IMG/VR virus record: IMGVR_UViG_2529292920_000016
Source of the DNA: a virus
Taxonomy: Duplodnaviria; Heunggongvirae; Uroviricota; Caudoviricetes
Length of the DNA stretch: 32,229 nt
Reading direction: 5' to 3' (one strand)
Shown here: piece by piece, positions 18,007 through 26,671 of the stretch
Layout of the letters: every line of letters starts with the position of its first letter
Position numbering within the stretch: the first letter of the stretch is position 1
Translations under genes and position numbers: made by a program
Notes under the pieces: model-generated
The model's input: only the letters and a program-made list of their open reading frames with translations
Databases searched by the model: none
What the model was told of the DNA's origin: nothing

Positions 18007-19056
18007 ATGATTAATACTGTAAAAATATCCAGTTGTGAGTTAATCAACGCTGATTGCCTGGAATTTATCTAGACCTTACCGGAAAACTCTGTCGATCTGA
18101 TAGTCACAGACCCGCCATACTTTAAAGTGAAGCCCGAGGGCTGGGATAACCAGTGGGAGGGCGACGATGATTACCTGAAATGGCTGGACCAGTGTCTGGC
18201 GCAGTTCTGGCGGGTACTGAAGCCTGCCGGAAGTCTTTACCTGTTCTGTGGTCATCGCCTGGCATCTGACACCGAAATCATGATGCGTGAGCGCTTTAAT
18301 GTGCTGAACCACATTATCTGGGCGAAGCCGTCCGGACGCTGGAACGGGTGCAATAAGGAAAGTCTGCGGGCGTATTTTCCGGCAACAGAGCGCATTCTGT
18401 TTGCAGAACATTATCAGGGACCGTATCGCCCGAAAGATGATGGCTATGTGGCACAGGGGCGCGAGCTAAAACAGCACGTCATGGCCCCGCTGATTTCTTA
18501 CTTTCGTGATGCGCGTAAATCACTGGGAATAACGTCAAAACAGATAGCGGAAGCCACCGGAAAGAAAAACATGGCTTCGCACTGGTTTGGTACCAGTCAG
18601 TGGCAGTTACCGAACGAGGGTAATTACAACAAATTGCAGGCGTTGTTTGCGCGTGTTGCGGCAGAAAAACATCAGCGCGGGGAACTGGAAAAGCCACACC
18701 ACCAGCTGGTCAGCACATACAGTGAGCTGAACCGGCAGTATACGGAACTGCTGAGTGAATATAAAAATTTGCGGCGGTATTTCGGTGTGACGGCGCAGGT
18801 TCCGTACACCGATGTCTGGACGCATAAACCGGTGCAGTACTATCCAGGGAAACATCCGTGCGAAAAACCGGCAGAAATGCTGCAGCAGATAATCAACGCG
18901 AGCAGTCGTCCGGGAGACCTGGTTGCAGATTTTTTTATGGGTTCAGGTTCAACGGTAAAAGCGGCGATGGCACTGGGGCGTTGTGCGATTGGTGTTGAGC
19001 TGGAGACAGGACGTTTTGAACAGACAGTCAGGGAAGTTCAGGATTTAATCGTTTGA
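18007..19056 (+). pseudogene. Dam-like N6-adenine DNA methyltransferase interrupted by an in-frame amber (TAG) codon
   Basis: From ATG 18007: MINTVKISSCELINADCLEFI-TAG(18070-18072)-TLPENSVDLIVTDPPYFKVKPEGWDN..., continuing in frame to 19056. DPPY catalytic motif and C-terminal FFMGSGST AdoMet-binding motif are present. ORF track only reports 18127..19056, which starts after DPPY. Confidence 0.7.
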
Positions 19057-19105
19057 AACGGATGGGATTGCAGAATTAATTACGCACCATTATTATTCTG
19101 CTACC

Positions 19106-19181
19106 GGCCCTTTAGCTCAGTGGTGAGAGCGAGCGACTCATAATCGCCAGGTCGCTGGTTCAAATCCAGCAAGGGCCACCA
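19106..19181 (+). tRNA. tRNA-Ile (anticodon CAT; ileX/ileZ-like lysidine tRNA) or tRNA-Met
   Basis: Cloverleaf: acceptor GGCCCTT/AAGGGCC, D arm GCTC...GAGC, anticodon loop CTCATAA, T arm GCTGG-TTCAAAT-CCAGC, 3' CCA encoded. Closely resembles E. coli ileX. Confidence 0.85.
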
Positions 19182-19278
19182 TCACATACCGCCATTAGCT
19201 CATCGGCAGAGAGCGTCAGCTTTCGAAACTGGCTGTGTGGGGCCCGGGTCCCCGATGGCAATCCATTATCTGCATTAT

Positions 19279-19355
19279 GCGTTGTTAGCTCAGCCGGACA
19301 GAGCAATTGCCTTCTAAGCAATCGGTCACTGGTTCGAATCCAGTACAACGCGCCA
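19279..19355 (+). tRNA. tRNA-Arg (anticodon TCT)
   Basis: Acceptor GCGTTGT/ACAACGC, D arm GCTC...GAGC, anticodon stem ATTGC/GCAAT with loop CTTCTAA, T arm CTGG-TTCGAAT-CCAG, 3' CCA encoded. Confidence 0.85.
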
Positions 19356-19540
19356 TATTCATTCTTCCAGATTTCTTCCGGCAGAGCCTTATACTGGAAT
19401 ATACTTGGCTCAGGATATTGTTGAAAATATTATATGTTTGTCAAAAATAAAAGTTCTGTTAAGTATTGATTGAGTGTTTGTTATACGGTCTAATGGTTTT
19501 TTCAGTATTAAATATTTATCATTCATATGGTGTGGGTAGA

Positions 19541-19819
19541 GTGAATATTGATGAGGCGTCGGGGTGTTTCATCCTTAGGCAGCGTATTGATATAGTCAAT
19601 GCAGCACGAGCAAAGGCCTTCAGCCGTTTGACAGTTTTGTTCTGTACTCCTGATCGTCTTTCGGGAAGAGACGTTATTCTTCTGAATAGTGATGCTATAC
19701 AGAGGGTTTGCGATGAGTTCATGGTTGCTAATTCAGAATTATTTGCTCTTGTTCAGGAGTACAACAGAATAGCCAGGACCTGTGGTATGGATGAACTTCG
19801 GATTACTCATCTGGGGTAG
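19541..19819 (+). CDS. Hypothetical protein in the cargo slot downstream of the tRNAs
   Basis: ORF track 19466..19819; the most plausible start is GTG at 19541 after purine-rich GTGGGTAGA. No family recognised; not Shiga-toxin-like. Confidence 0.3.
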   Translation: MNIDEASGCFILRQRIDIVNAARAKAFSRLTVLFCTPDRLSGRDVILLNSDAIQRVCDEFMVANSELFALVQEYNRIARTCGMDELRITHLG

Positions 19820-20196
19820 ATACATATCTGGATTATCACCTGTTACGGTAAAAAGTGATTGCTTACTGTTTTTGTGAATGGCATTGCAGCAGCCGGATAA
19901 TGTCAGTGCTGGCTGACTGTGTACTGGTGGCGGGTGTGGTGGTTGTTGCTTTCCCGTTGCTGAAAAAGAAAACGCCAGACTGTTAGTCGGAGAAATTTTT
20001 AAATACTTCACAATTCAGGCGGTTGACTGTTGTCTGGTTTGCGGGGAGTTTGTTAAAAGAAACTGGCATGGTGAATCCACCTGTGCGGAGGGGCAATCAG
20101 CGAGTAGGTATATGGGATAATCGCGGATTCAGGTGCTGGTACTGAATTCACCGGGAGGCACCCGGCACCATGCAATGGCACATAGCGCCACTCTCC

Positions 20197-20230
20197 AGCC
20201 CCTCTCCGGAGGGGCTGTTTATATTGATTT
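20197..20230 (+). terminator. Rho-independent terminator
   Basis: AGCCCCTC-TCCG-GAGGGGCT hairpin followed by GTTTATATTGATTTT. Confidence 0.5.
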
Positions 20231-20251
20231 TGTCAGATGTGAGTAAACTCC

Positions 20252-20587
20252 TTATGGACTTTGTTGTTTTAGTCCATAAGGACATATTTGCAGAGTGCAA
20301 CGGTTATTAAAGCATTCATTCAATACGTTATCTGTATTTGTAGGGCATTCCTGGCTGTTTTTGATTAAATTCCAGAATGTTTTATTGAATGGTACTACGT
20401 TGTAAATGGTTACAGGTAGCACTTTGTTATTGAGCATGATACCTGTGTGAGTCAGTGTAAATATACTTTCAGGAGGTAAGAAAGCATCCGATTGATACCA
20501 GATTATTAATTTTATTTTACTCCATATGACTGAAAAAGATATTCCGCATGATGGCTGGATAACTGTATCAATCACAATCCACTTCAT
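20252..20587 (-). CDS. Hypothetical AT-rich ORF (111 aa), opposite strand in cargo slot
   Basis: ORF in AT-rich DNA between the terminator and the nanS-p-like gene; Cys-containing C-terminus; could be spurious. Confidence 0.25.
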   Translation of the reverse strand: MKWIVIDTVIQPSCGISFSVIWSKIKLIIWYQSDAFLPPESIFTLTHTGIMLNNKVLPVTIYNVVPFNKTFWNLIKNSQECPTNTDNVLNECFNNRCTLQICPYGLKQQSP

Positions 20588-20801
20588 TTAGTTTCCTTGT
20601 TTATGCCTTGCTGGTGATGTTCTGAAAAGTATAAATGATATTTTTGATTGTAAACCATAGAGCAGAATTATTTTTCTGATGTAGTTTATCCATGCATATC
20701 TGCTTGATGATGAGGTTTTTATTTAAGGTATGGTTTTGTGTTTTTTCTGTATTACATGTCAGGTATTTTAAAGAATTATTCTTCAGATGGTGGAAAGAAC
20801 C

Positions 20802-22652
20802 ATGGCATTTAAACACTATGATGTTGTCAGGGCGGCGTCGCCGTCAGATCTTGCGGAAAAGCTGACACATAAACTGAAAGAGGGCTGGCAGCCGTTTGGT
20901 AGTCCGGTGGCCATAACCCCTTATACCCTGATGCAGGCGATTGCAGCAGAAGGTGATATGGTCGTCAGTGGTGCAACTGAGCCAGAGTGGTACTACGTCA
21001 TCGTACTGGCCGGGCAATCCAATGCCATGGCTTACGGTGAAGGGCTTCCGCTTCCGGATTCATACGATGCGCCTCATCCGCGCATTAAGCAACTGGCCCG
21101 TCGTAACACAGTGACTCCCGGTGGTGAAGTATGCGTATTTAACGACATCATTCCTGCTGACCATTGTCTGCATGATGTTCAGGATATGAGTACGATTAAC
21201 CATCCCCGGGCTGACCTGAGCAAAGGGCAGTACGGCTGTGTCGGACAGGGCTTACATATTGCCAAAAAACTGCTTCCGTATATCCCTAATAATGCGGGGA
21301 TCCTGCTGGTACCATGCTGTCGTGGTGGTTCGGCATTCACCCAGGGCACGGAGGGGACATTCAGCGAGTCCACGGGGGCCAGTCAGGATTCGGCTCGCTG
21401 GGGAGTGGGTAAGCCGTTATATCAGGATCTGCTTTTCCGCACGAAGGCAGCATTGCAGAAAAACCCGAAAAACGTTTTGCTGGCGATATGCTGGATGCAG
21501 GGGGAATTCGATATGACGAATGCCAGTTACGCCCAGCAGCCAGCAGCATTTCTTGCAATGGTACAGCAGTTCCGTGCTGACTTTGCCGGGCTGGCGGCGC
21601 AGTGTCACGGTGGAAGTCCGGCATCAGTCCCCTGGATTTGTGGCGACACGACATACGCGTGGAAACAAGAACACGGTACGCAATATGAAGTGGTATATGG
21701 TGCATATAAAGGTAAAGAATCCCAGCAGATTTATTTTGTTCCCTTTATGACCGATGGTAGCGGAGTTAATACACCGACAAACAACCCGTCAGAAGATCCT
21801 GATATTGCCGGGTCTGGTTATTACGGTTCGGCATCCCGAACGAACAAAAACTGGGTATCATCAAATCGCCCGACGCATTTCAGCTCATGGACGCGTCGTG
21901 GCATTATTCCCGATCGTATGGCAACTGCTATTCTGAACGTAGCCGGTCGCACCTTAGCCTTCATTAGTGGTAAGGCACCGGAAATCAAACCCTCGCCCGG
22001 CGGCGACACGCCATCGGGGCCGTCTGAAGATGCATCCGTACGCACAATCTCCCTGTTGCCGACAGCCGGAGATGCTGCTGCGCAGGGCTGGAGCATTAAG
22101 AATGGCGGAATTCAGTTGTCAGATGGTGTATTTAAGATCACCAAGCAGAGCAATAAAACCTGGTCCCTGATGCATCCGGTGGATGACGCAATTACCCTGC
22201 TGACACAGGGCGGCAGACTGACCTGTAAGTTCCGCCTCTCAGGCGCACTGACCAACAATCAGTTCGGGCTGGGGATTTATCTGTATACGGACGCTCCCGT
22301 TCCTGATGATGTGGCGATGACGGGTACTGGTAATCCGTTCCTGATGTCTTACTTCACTCAGACCACTGACGGCAGAGTGAATCTGATGCATCACAGGAAA
22401 GCCGGAAACACGAAGCTGGGGGAGTTCGGCGATTACGGTAACGACTGGCAGACGCTGGAGCTGGTGTTCACCGCCGGCAGTGCCACGGTTACTCCGAAAC
22501 TGAATGGAGTGGCTGGCCCGGCATTCCAGGTTATAAAAGACAGTCTGACACTGGGACTGAATGCGCTGACGCTGACGGATGTTACAAAAAATGCAGCGTA
22601 TGGCGTTGAGATAGAAAGTCTGGTGCTGGAGATAAATGCACCGGCAGCATAA
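20802..22652 (+). CDS. Prophage sialate O-acetylesterase (NanS-p-like): N-terminal DUF1737-like region plus SGNH/SASA esterase domain and C-terminal lectin-like domain
   Basis: ATG 20802 with GGTGGAAAG upstream. SGNH motif VLAGQSNAMAYGEG; size and position (just upstream of the lysis cassette) match the NanS-p gene that follows stx in Stx phages. Confidence 0.75.
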   Translation: MAFKHYDVVRAASPSDLAEKLTHKLKEGWQPFGSPVAITPYTLMQAIAAEGDMVVSGATEPEWYYVIVLAGQSNAMAYGEGLPLPDSYDAPHPRIKQLARRNTVTPGGEVCVFNDIIPADHCLHDVQDMSTINHPRADLSKGQYGCVGQGLHIAKKLLPYIPNNAGILLVPCCRGGSAFTQGTEGTFSESTGASQDSARWGVGKPLYQDLLFRTKAALQKNPKNVLLAICWMQGEFDMTNASYAQQPAAFLAMVQQFRADFAGLAAQCHGGSPASVPWICGDTTYAWKQEHGTQYEVVYGAYKGKESQQIYFVPFMTDGSGVNTPTNNPSEDPDIAGSGYYGSASRTNKNWVSSNRPTHFSSWTRRGIIPDRMATAILNVAGRTLAFISGKAPEIKPSPGGDTPSGPSEDASVRTISLLPTAGDAAAQGWSIKNGGIQLSDGVFKITKQSNKTWSLMHPVDDAITLLTQGGRLTCKFRLSGALTNNQFGLGIYLYTDAPVPDDVAMTGTGNPFLMSYFTQTTDGRVNLMHHRKAGNTKLGEFGDYGNDWQTLELVFTAGSATVTPKLNGVAGPAFQVIKDSLTLGLNALTLTDVTKNAAYGVEIESLVLEINAPAA

Positions 22653-22944
22653 TAAAAAAGCCAGCGCCCACTCTGAAGGACGCTGGCTAAAACGGGTAGA
22701 TGTACTTCACATGATACTTATACTTGGCAGTACATTTTCTGACAGACAGTGACGGATGTTGTCAAGATATTGTGTCATTTATAACCTGAATCAGGGGTTG
22801 GCCGGAATGTTATCTGGCATTTTTAGCAGAGCCTGAATGCCATAATCACGGCTCCCGGCGTTGGCCGTCAGTGGGTGACACTGGCGGCTTTTTTGTTTTT
22901 CTTTACTTTCATTTTCTGTCGGCGGTGACGGAGACATACATCAG

Positions 22945-23151
22945 ATGGAAAAAATCACAACAGGTGTGTCATACACCACGTCAGCGGTGGGGACGGGATA
23001 CTGGTTACTGCAGCTGCTGGACAAAGTCTCTCCGTCCCAGTGGGTGGCAATAGGTGTGCTGGGGAGTCTGCTGTTTGGCCTGCTGACGTATCTGACAAAC
23101 CTTTATTTCAAGATTAAAGAAGATAAGCGCAAGGCTGCGAGAGGTGAATAA
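22945..23151 (+). CDS. S: Holin, class II pinholin (S21-like)
   Basis: 68 aa, [68 protein letters not shown]; two TM segments and charged C-terminus, closely like phage 21 S pinholin. Stop overlaps endolysin start (TAATG). Confidence 0.85.
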   Translation: MEKITTGVSYTTSAVGTGYWLLQLLDKVSPSQWVAIGVLGSLLFGLLTYLTNLYFKIKEDKRKAARGE

Positions 23152-23648
23152 TGCCTCCATCATTACGAAAAGCCGTTGCTGCTGCTATTGGTGGTGGGGC
23201 TGTTGCCATAGCGTCTGTGCTCATCACTGGTCCGAGTGGTGACGATGGCCTGGAAGGTGTCAGCTACATACCATACGAAGATATCGTTGGCGTATGGACT
23301 GTATGTCACGGACACACCGGAAAAGACATCATGCCCGGTAAAACGTATACCGAAGCAGAATGCAAAGCCCTCCTGAATAAAGACCTTGCCACGGTCGCCA
23401 GACAAATAAACCCGTACATCAACGTCGATATACCGGAAACAACGCGCGGCGCTCTTTACTCGTTCGTTTACAACGTGGGCGCTGGCAATTTCAGAACATC
23501 GACGCTTCTTCGCAAAATAAACCAGGGCGATATCAAAGGCGCATGTGATCAGCTACGGCGCTGGACATACGCTGGCGGTAAGCAATGGAAAGGGCTGATG
23601 ACTCGCCGTGAGATTGAGCGTGAAGTCTGTTTGTGGGGGCAACAATGA
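23151..23648 (+). CDS. R: SAR endolysin (signal-anchor-release lysozyme, GH24)
   Basis: 165 aa; N-terminal weakly hydrophobic Gly/Ala-rich SAR segment ([18 protein letters not shown]) followed by a lysozyme domain; partnered with a pinholin as in phage 21. Confidence 0.85.
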   Translation: MPPSLRKAVAAAIGGGAVAIASVLITGPSGDDGLEGVSYIPYEDIVGVWTVCHGHTGKDIMPGKTYTEAECKALLNKDLATVARQINPYINVDIPETTRGALYSFVYNVGAGNFRTSTLLRKINQGDIKGACDQLRRWTYAGGKQWKGLMTRREIEREVCLWGQQ

Positions 23649-24082
23649 GCAGAGTAACCGCGATTATCTACGTTCTGGTCATCTGCCTCATCGTCTGCCT
23701 TTCATGGGCTGTTAATCATTACCGTGATAACGCCATCGCCTACAAAGAGCAGCGCGATAAAGCCACATCCATCATCGCTGATATGCAGAAGCGGCAACGT
23801 GATGTAGCAGAACTTGACGCCAGATACACAAAGGAGCTTGCTGATGCTAATGCGACTATCGAAAGTCTCCGTGCTGATGTTTCTGCTGGGCGTAAGCGCC
23901 TGCAAGTCGCCGCCACCTGTGCAAAGTCAACGACCGGAGCCAGCGGCATGGGCAATGGAGAAACCCCAGGACTTACAGCAGATGCTGAACTCAATTATTA
24001 CCGTCTCCGAAGTGGAATCGACAGGATAACCGCGCAGGTTAACTACTTGCAGGAGTACATTAGGACGCAATGCCTTCGATGA
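23645..24082 (+). CDS. Rz: Spanin inner-membrane subunit Rz
   Basis: ATGA overlap with endolysin stop; N-terminal TM helix then coiled-coil periplasmic domain. Confidence 0.8.
   Translation: MSRVTAIIYVLVICLIVCLSWAVNHYRDNAIAYKEQRDKATSIIADMQKRQRDVAELDARYTKELADANATIESLRADVSAGRKRLQVAATCAKSTTGASGMGNGETPGLTADAELNYYRLRSGIDRITAQVNYLQEYIRTQCLR
23844..24029 (+). CDS. Rz1: Spanin outer-membrane lipoprotein subunit Rz1 (embedded in Rz, +1 frame)
   Basis: [20 protein letters not shown] lipoprotein signal peptide, then proline-rich [21 protein letters not shown]...; entirely within the Rz gene. Confidence 0.7.
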   Translation: MLMRLSKVSVLMFLLGVSACKSPPPVQSQRPEPAAWAMEKPQDLQQMLNSIITVSEVESTG

Positions 24083-24198
24083 TAGCGATAATTTTCCCAT
24101 TATCTTTTATATGCGTGATTTTAGTTAGTTTTAGTCGCAACACGAATAAAACAGAGAACCACCCGCTATACGAGTGGTTCTGATTTACACTTTTGAAA

Positions 24199-24429
24199 CT
24201 AAAAGCTAAATACTTGAGCAAGAACAGCTAACGCTGCGCAAAAAGCAGCCCGTTTATTCCATTTACTTTGTATTTCAATGGCTTTAAAACAACCCAGTGA
24301 TGAGAAACTGCCTTGTTCCGTTTTTGGTGGGTGTTCTTTGGAAGATGCAAAACATGAAATAATCCAAAAAATGGCGGAAAAAATTCCAAAAATTATTGAA
24401 GGCAAATGATGCTCTTTCAAAAACTCCAT
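24199..24429 (-). CDS. Hypothetical small membrane protein (76 aa)
   Basis: Two hydrophobic stretches; sits between lysis genes and cos on the opposite strand, where lambdoid phages often carry morons. Weak RBS; low confidence. Confidence 0.25.
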   Translation of the reverse strand: MEFLKEHHLPSIIFGIFSAIFWIISCFASSKEHPPKTEQGSFSSLGCFKAIEIQSKWNKRAAFCAALAVLAQVFSF

Positions 24430-25104
24430 GACTTAACTCTCTTAAAAGTTGCTAAACATCGCTCGCAAACAAGAAAGAAAAGTTCTGTTGCGAGCACTCC
24501 ACAATTTAAACGCCACACAAGCAGCTATTAGGTGGACGGTTCCAAGATTGCTATCAACTGCCACCCGAATACCGTCAAAACTTGACGTCCAACCAAGAAT
24601 TATTGAGTTGTAAACTCAACGCAATGATCTGGTTGGTATAAATGTGACATATGTCATGAATCGACTAGTTGAGATAGTCAAGATGGGCTTGCTTGACATC
24701 ATCACCACAACCGGAGCCAACAATGGCAGATTGCGTTACCCAGATTTGATAAAGGCATTTTAGCCTGACATAACTATGCACTGTATCGTCGCCGTATTCC
24801 CGCATCAACAGAGACCACAGCCCGAGAGGGAGACTCCTCTGCGCGAGTGTGCGGGGATAATCAAAAACGATACACACCGGGGTTTACCGTGTTAACGGAG
24901 CGCGGCGTTGTCCCCTCATGGTCGCTGGTCCGGTGCGATGGTGGAAGAAACCGGACGATGTGTTACCTCGCAAACTCTGTTATGTCATGTGTCTGATTTG
25001 TGATTTAAGTCGGATAATTGTCATTGCCATTAAGCAGAGGATTGATGACCGACAGGGCTGCATTGTTAGAATAAGACTTATTCTTATCTATGCCGGGAAT
25101 AAAA

Positions 25105-25431
25105 ATGAAAAGAAATCTTCCGTTAATTATTTTGTTGTCTTCTTTGGTTATGGGCTGTACGCAACATAAAACAGATATGCCTCGACAGTTGGTTAAGGCA
25201 TTACCACAATATCCGGCCTATGCCGCGGCAAATTATATAAAGGGACGGGTTGATGTGAAGTTTGATATTGGTGCTGATGGTACTGTCACCCGAATTGAGT
25301 TTATCCGTTCAGAGCCGCACCATCTGTTTGATGAGCAGGTTGTAAAGGCGATGGCAAAATGGCGATTTGAGAAGGACAAGCCGCGTAAAGGCGTGAAGAA
25401 AACATTTATCTTTAGTCCTTCAGCACCCTGA
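25105..25431 (+). CDS. Lipoprotein with TonB C-terminal-like domain
   Basis: Signal peptide MKRNLPLIILLSSLVMGC with lipobox LVMGC; mature part has the TonB_C-like pattern (YP..A....I.G.V.VKFDIGADGTV..IE.I.S.....FD..V.KA...W.F). Confidence 0.6.
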   Translation: MKRNLPLIILLSSLVMGCTQHKTDMPRQLVKALPQYPAYAAANYIKGRVDVKFDIGADGTVTRIEFIRSEPHHLFDEQVVKAMAKWRFEKDKPRKGVKKTFIFSPSAP

Positions 25432-25941
25432 TTATTTTATCAGAAGTTAATTATCACTCTGTTGCTATTCAGTACATCCCTGCAGGGTAAAGTCTTGTTT
25501 CGCCGGATATGAAGATGAAATATTGTTAGAAGACAGTAGCTACCGGTTCCTGTAACCGAACGTTCATTTCTCGTTATTTTTCATGCTGGCCGGGCGCAGG
25601 TGCTTTGCATCTGTTGCCAGCCTTCTCCTGCAGGCTTCAATAACCCATGCCGAAAAATTACCCGATCCCTTACGTTCAAGGGCAATATGGATTTGATTAA
25701 TCATCTGGTTTGGGAAGCTTTATTTTTTGATGACATTGTGTTTTTCCGTGTTCAGTGCTGCTGATTTGTATTGTCTTAAGATGTCTTTACGTTAAGTTGA
25801 CACAGATCAATTAATGCATGACTTGGACAAAATTGATTATTTGTCGTGGTTTTATGGTGTACGTGGGATGTGTGATGGTATTTATATAAATGATAATTAT
25901 TATCATTTATTGGGTCCTTTCCGGCGATCCGGCAGGCTACG

Positions 25942-25953
25942 GGGCGGCGACCT
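25942..25953. other. cos site: cosN cohesive-end sequence GGGCGGCGACCT, with cosB-like sequence to the right
   Basis: Junction ...GGGTCCTTTCCGGCGATCCGGCAGGCTACG | GGGCGGCGACCTCGCGGGTTTTCGCTATTTATGAAAATTTT matches the joined right and left ends of the phage lambda genome; lies just upstream of Nu1. Confidence 0.8.
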
Positions 25954-26122
25954 CGCGGGTTTTCGCTATTTATGAAAATTTTTAGGGAAAAATCAGATCC
26001 GTTCTTCTTCTTTTTAACTGTTTGATTATCAATAGAATTTTAAAAATATAAAAGGATCTGACAAAGGCTGTCTTTGTTAGAAAACGCCATTTTCAGATCC
26101 TTTCTGGTTCCCGGGGGAGTGT

Positions 26123-26671
26123 ATGAACGTCAATAAGAAAAAACTGGCCGATATTTTTGGCGTTGATGTCAGGACCATCACCGCCTGGCAGAGTCAGGGG
26201 TTACCACTAGTTTCTGGTGGAGGGAAAGGGACTGAATCAGTTTTTGATACAACTGCTGCCATTCAGTGGTATGCGCAGAGGGAAGCTGATATTGAAAACG
26301 AAAAACTCCGTAAAGAGATCGAGGATTTGAGGGCTGCCAGCGAATCAGACCTTCAGCCCGGCACCATTGATTACGAACGTTACCGACTGACGAAGGCACA
26401 GGCCGATGCACAGGAGCTGAAAAATGCTCGTGAGGAAGGCCTTGTCCTCGAGACGGAGTTATTTACCTACATCTTTCAGCGAGTGGCACAGAATATATCA
26501 GGGATCCTTGTCCGTGTCCCTCAGACACTGCAGCGTAAATACCCTGATATATCACCCGCACATCTTGATGCTGTGAAAACTGAAAGCGCGAAAGCATCCG
26601 ATGTGGCTTCTGAAGCCGGTGAGAATGTGCGCAGGTGGATTGATGATTTCAGACGAACTGAGGGCGGCTAA
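26123..26671 (+). CDS. nu1: Terminase small subunit (Nu1)
   Basis: [28 protein letters not shown]...GGGKG...EIENEKLR...[26 protein letters not shown] closely resembles lambda Nu1; GGGGGAG RBS. Confidence 0.9.
   Translation: MNVNKKKLADIFGVDVRTITAWQSQGLPLVSGGGKGTESVFDTTAAIQWYAQREADIENEKLRKEIEDLRAASESDLQPGTIDYERYRLTKAQADAQELKNAREEGLVLETELFTYIFQRVAQNISGILVRVPQTLQRKYPDISPAHLDAVKTESAKASDVASEAGENVRRWIDDFRRTEGG

Noticed and set aside
17798-18010. 70-aa plus-strand ORF just upstream of the methyltransferase
   Set aside because: Overlaps the end of the better-supported small ORF at 17659-17850 in another frame, has no RBS, and its end is overlapped by the methyltransferase start; likely spurious.
19106-19355. 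Amber-suppressor tRNA that could read through the TAG in the methyltransferase
   Set aside because: The two intact tRNAs have anticodons CAT and TCT, and the degenerate tRNA-like spacer shows no CTA anticodon loop.
19356-20801. Shiga toxin genes (stxA/stxB) in the slot between tRNAs and nanS-p
   Set aside because: No ORF of stxA size (about 320 aa) or stxB size (about 90 aa with signal peptide) and no recognisable Stx sequence; the ORFs present are unrelated.
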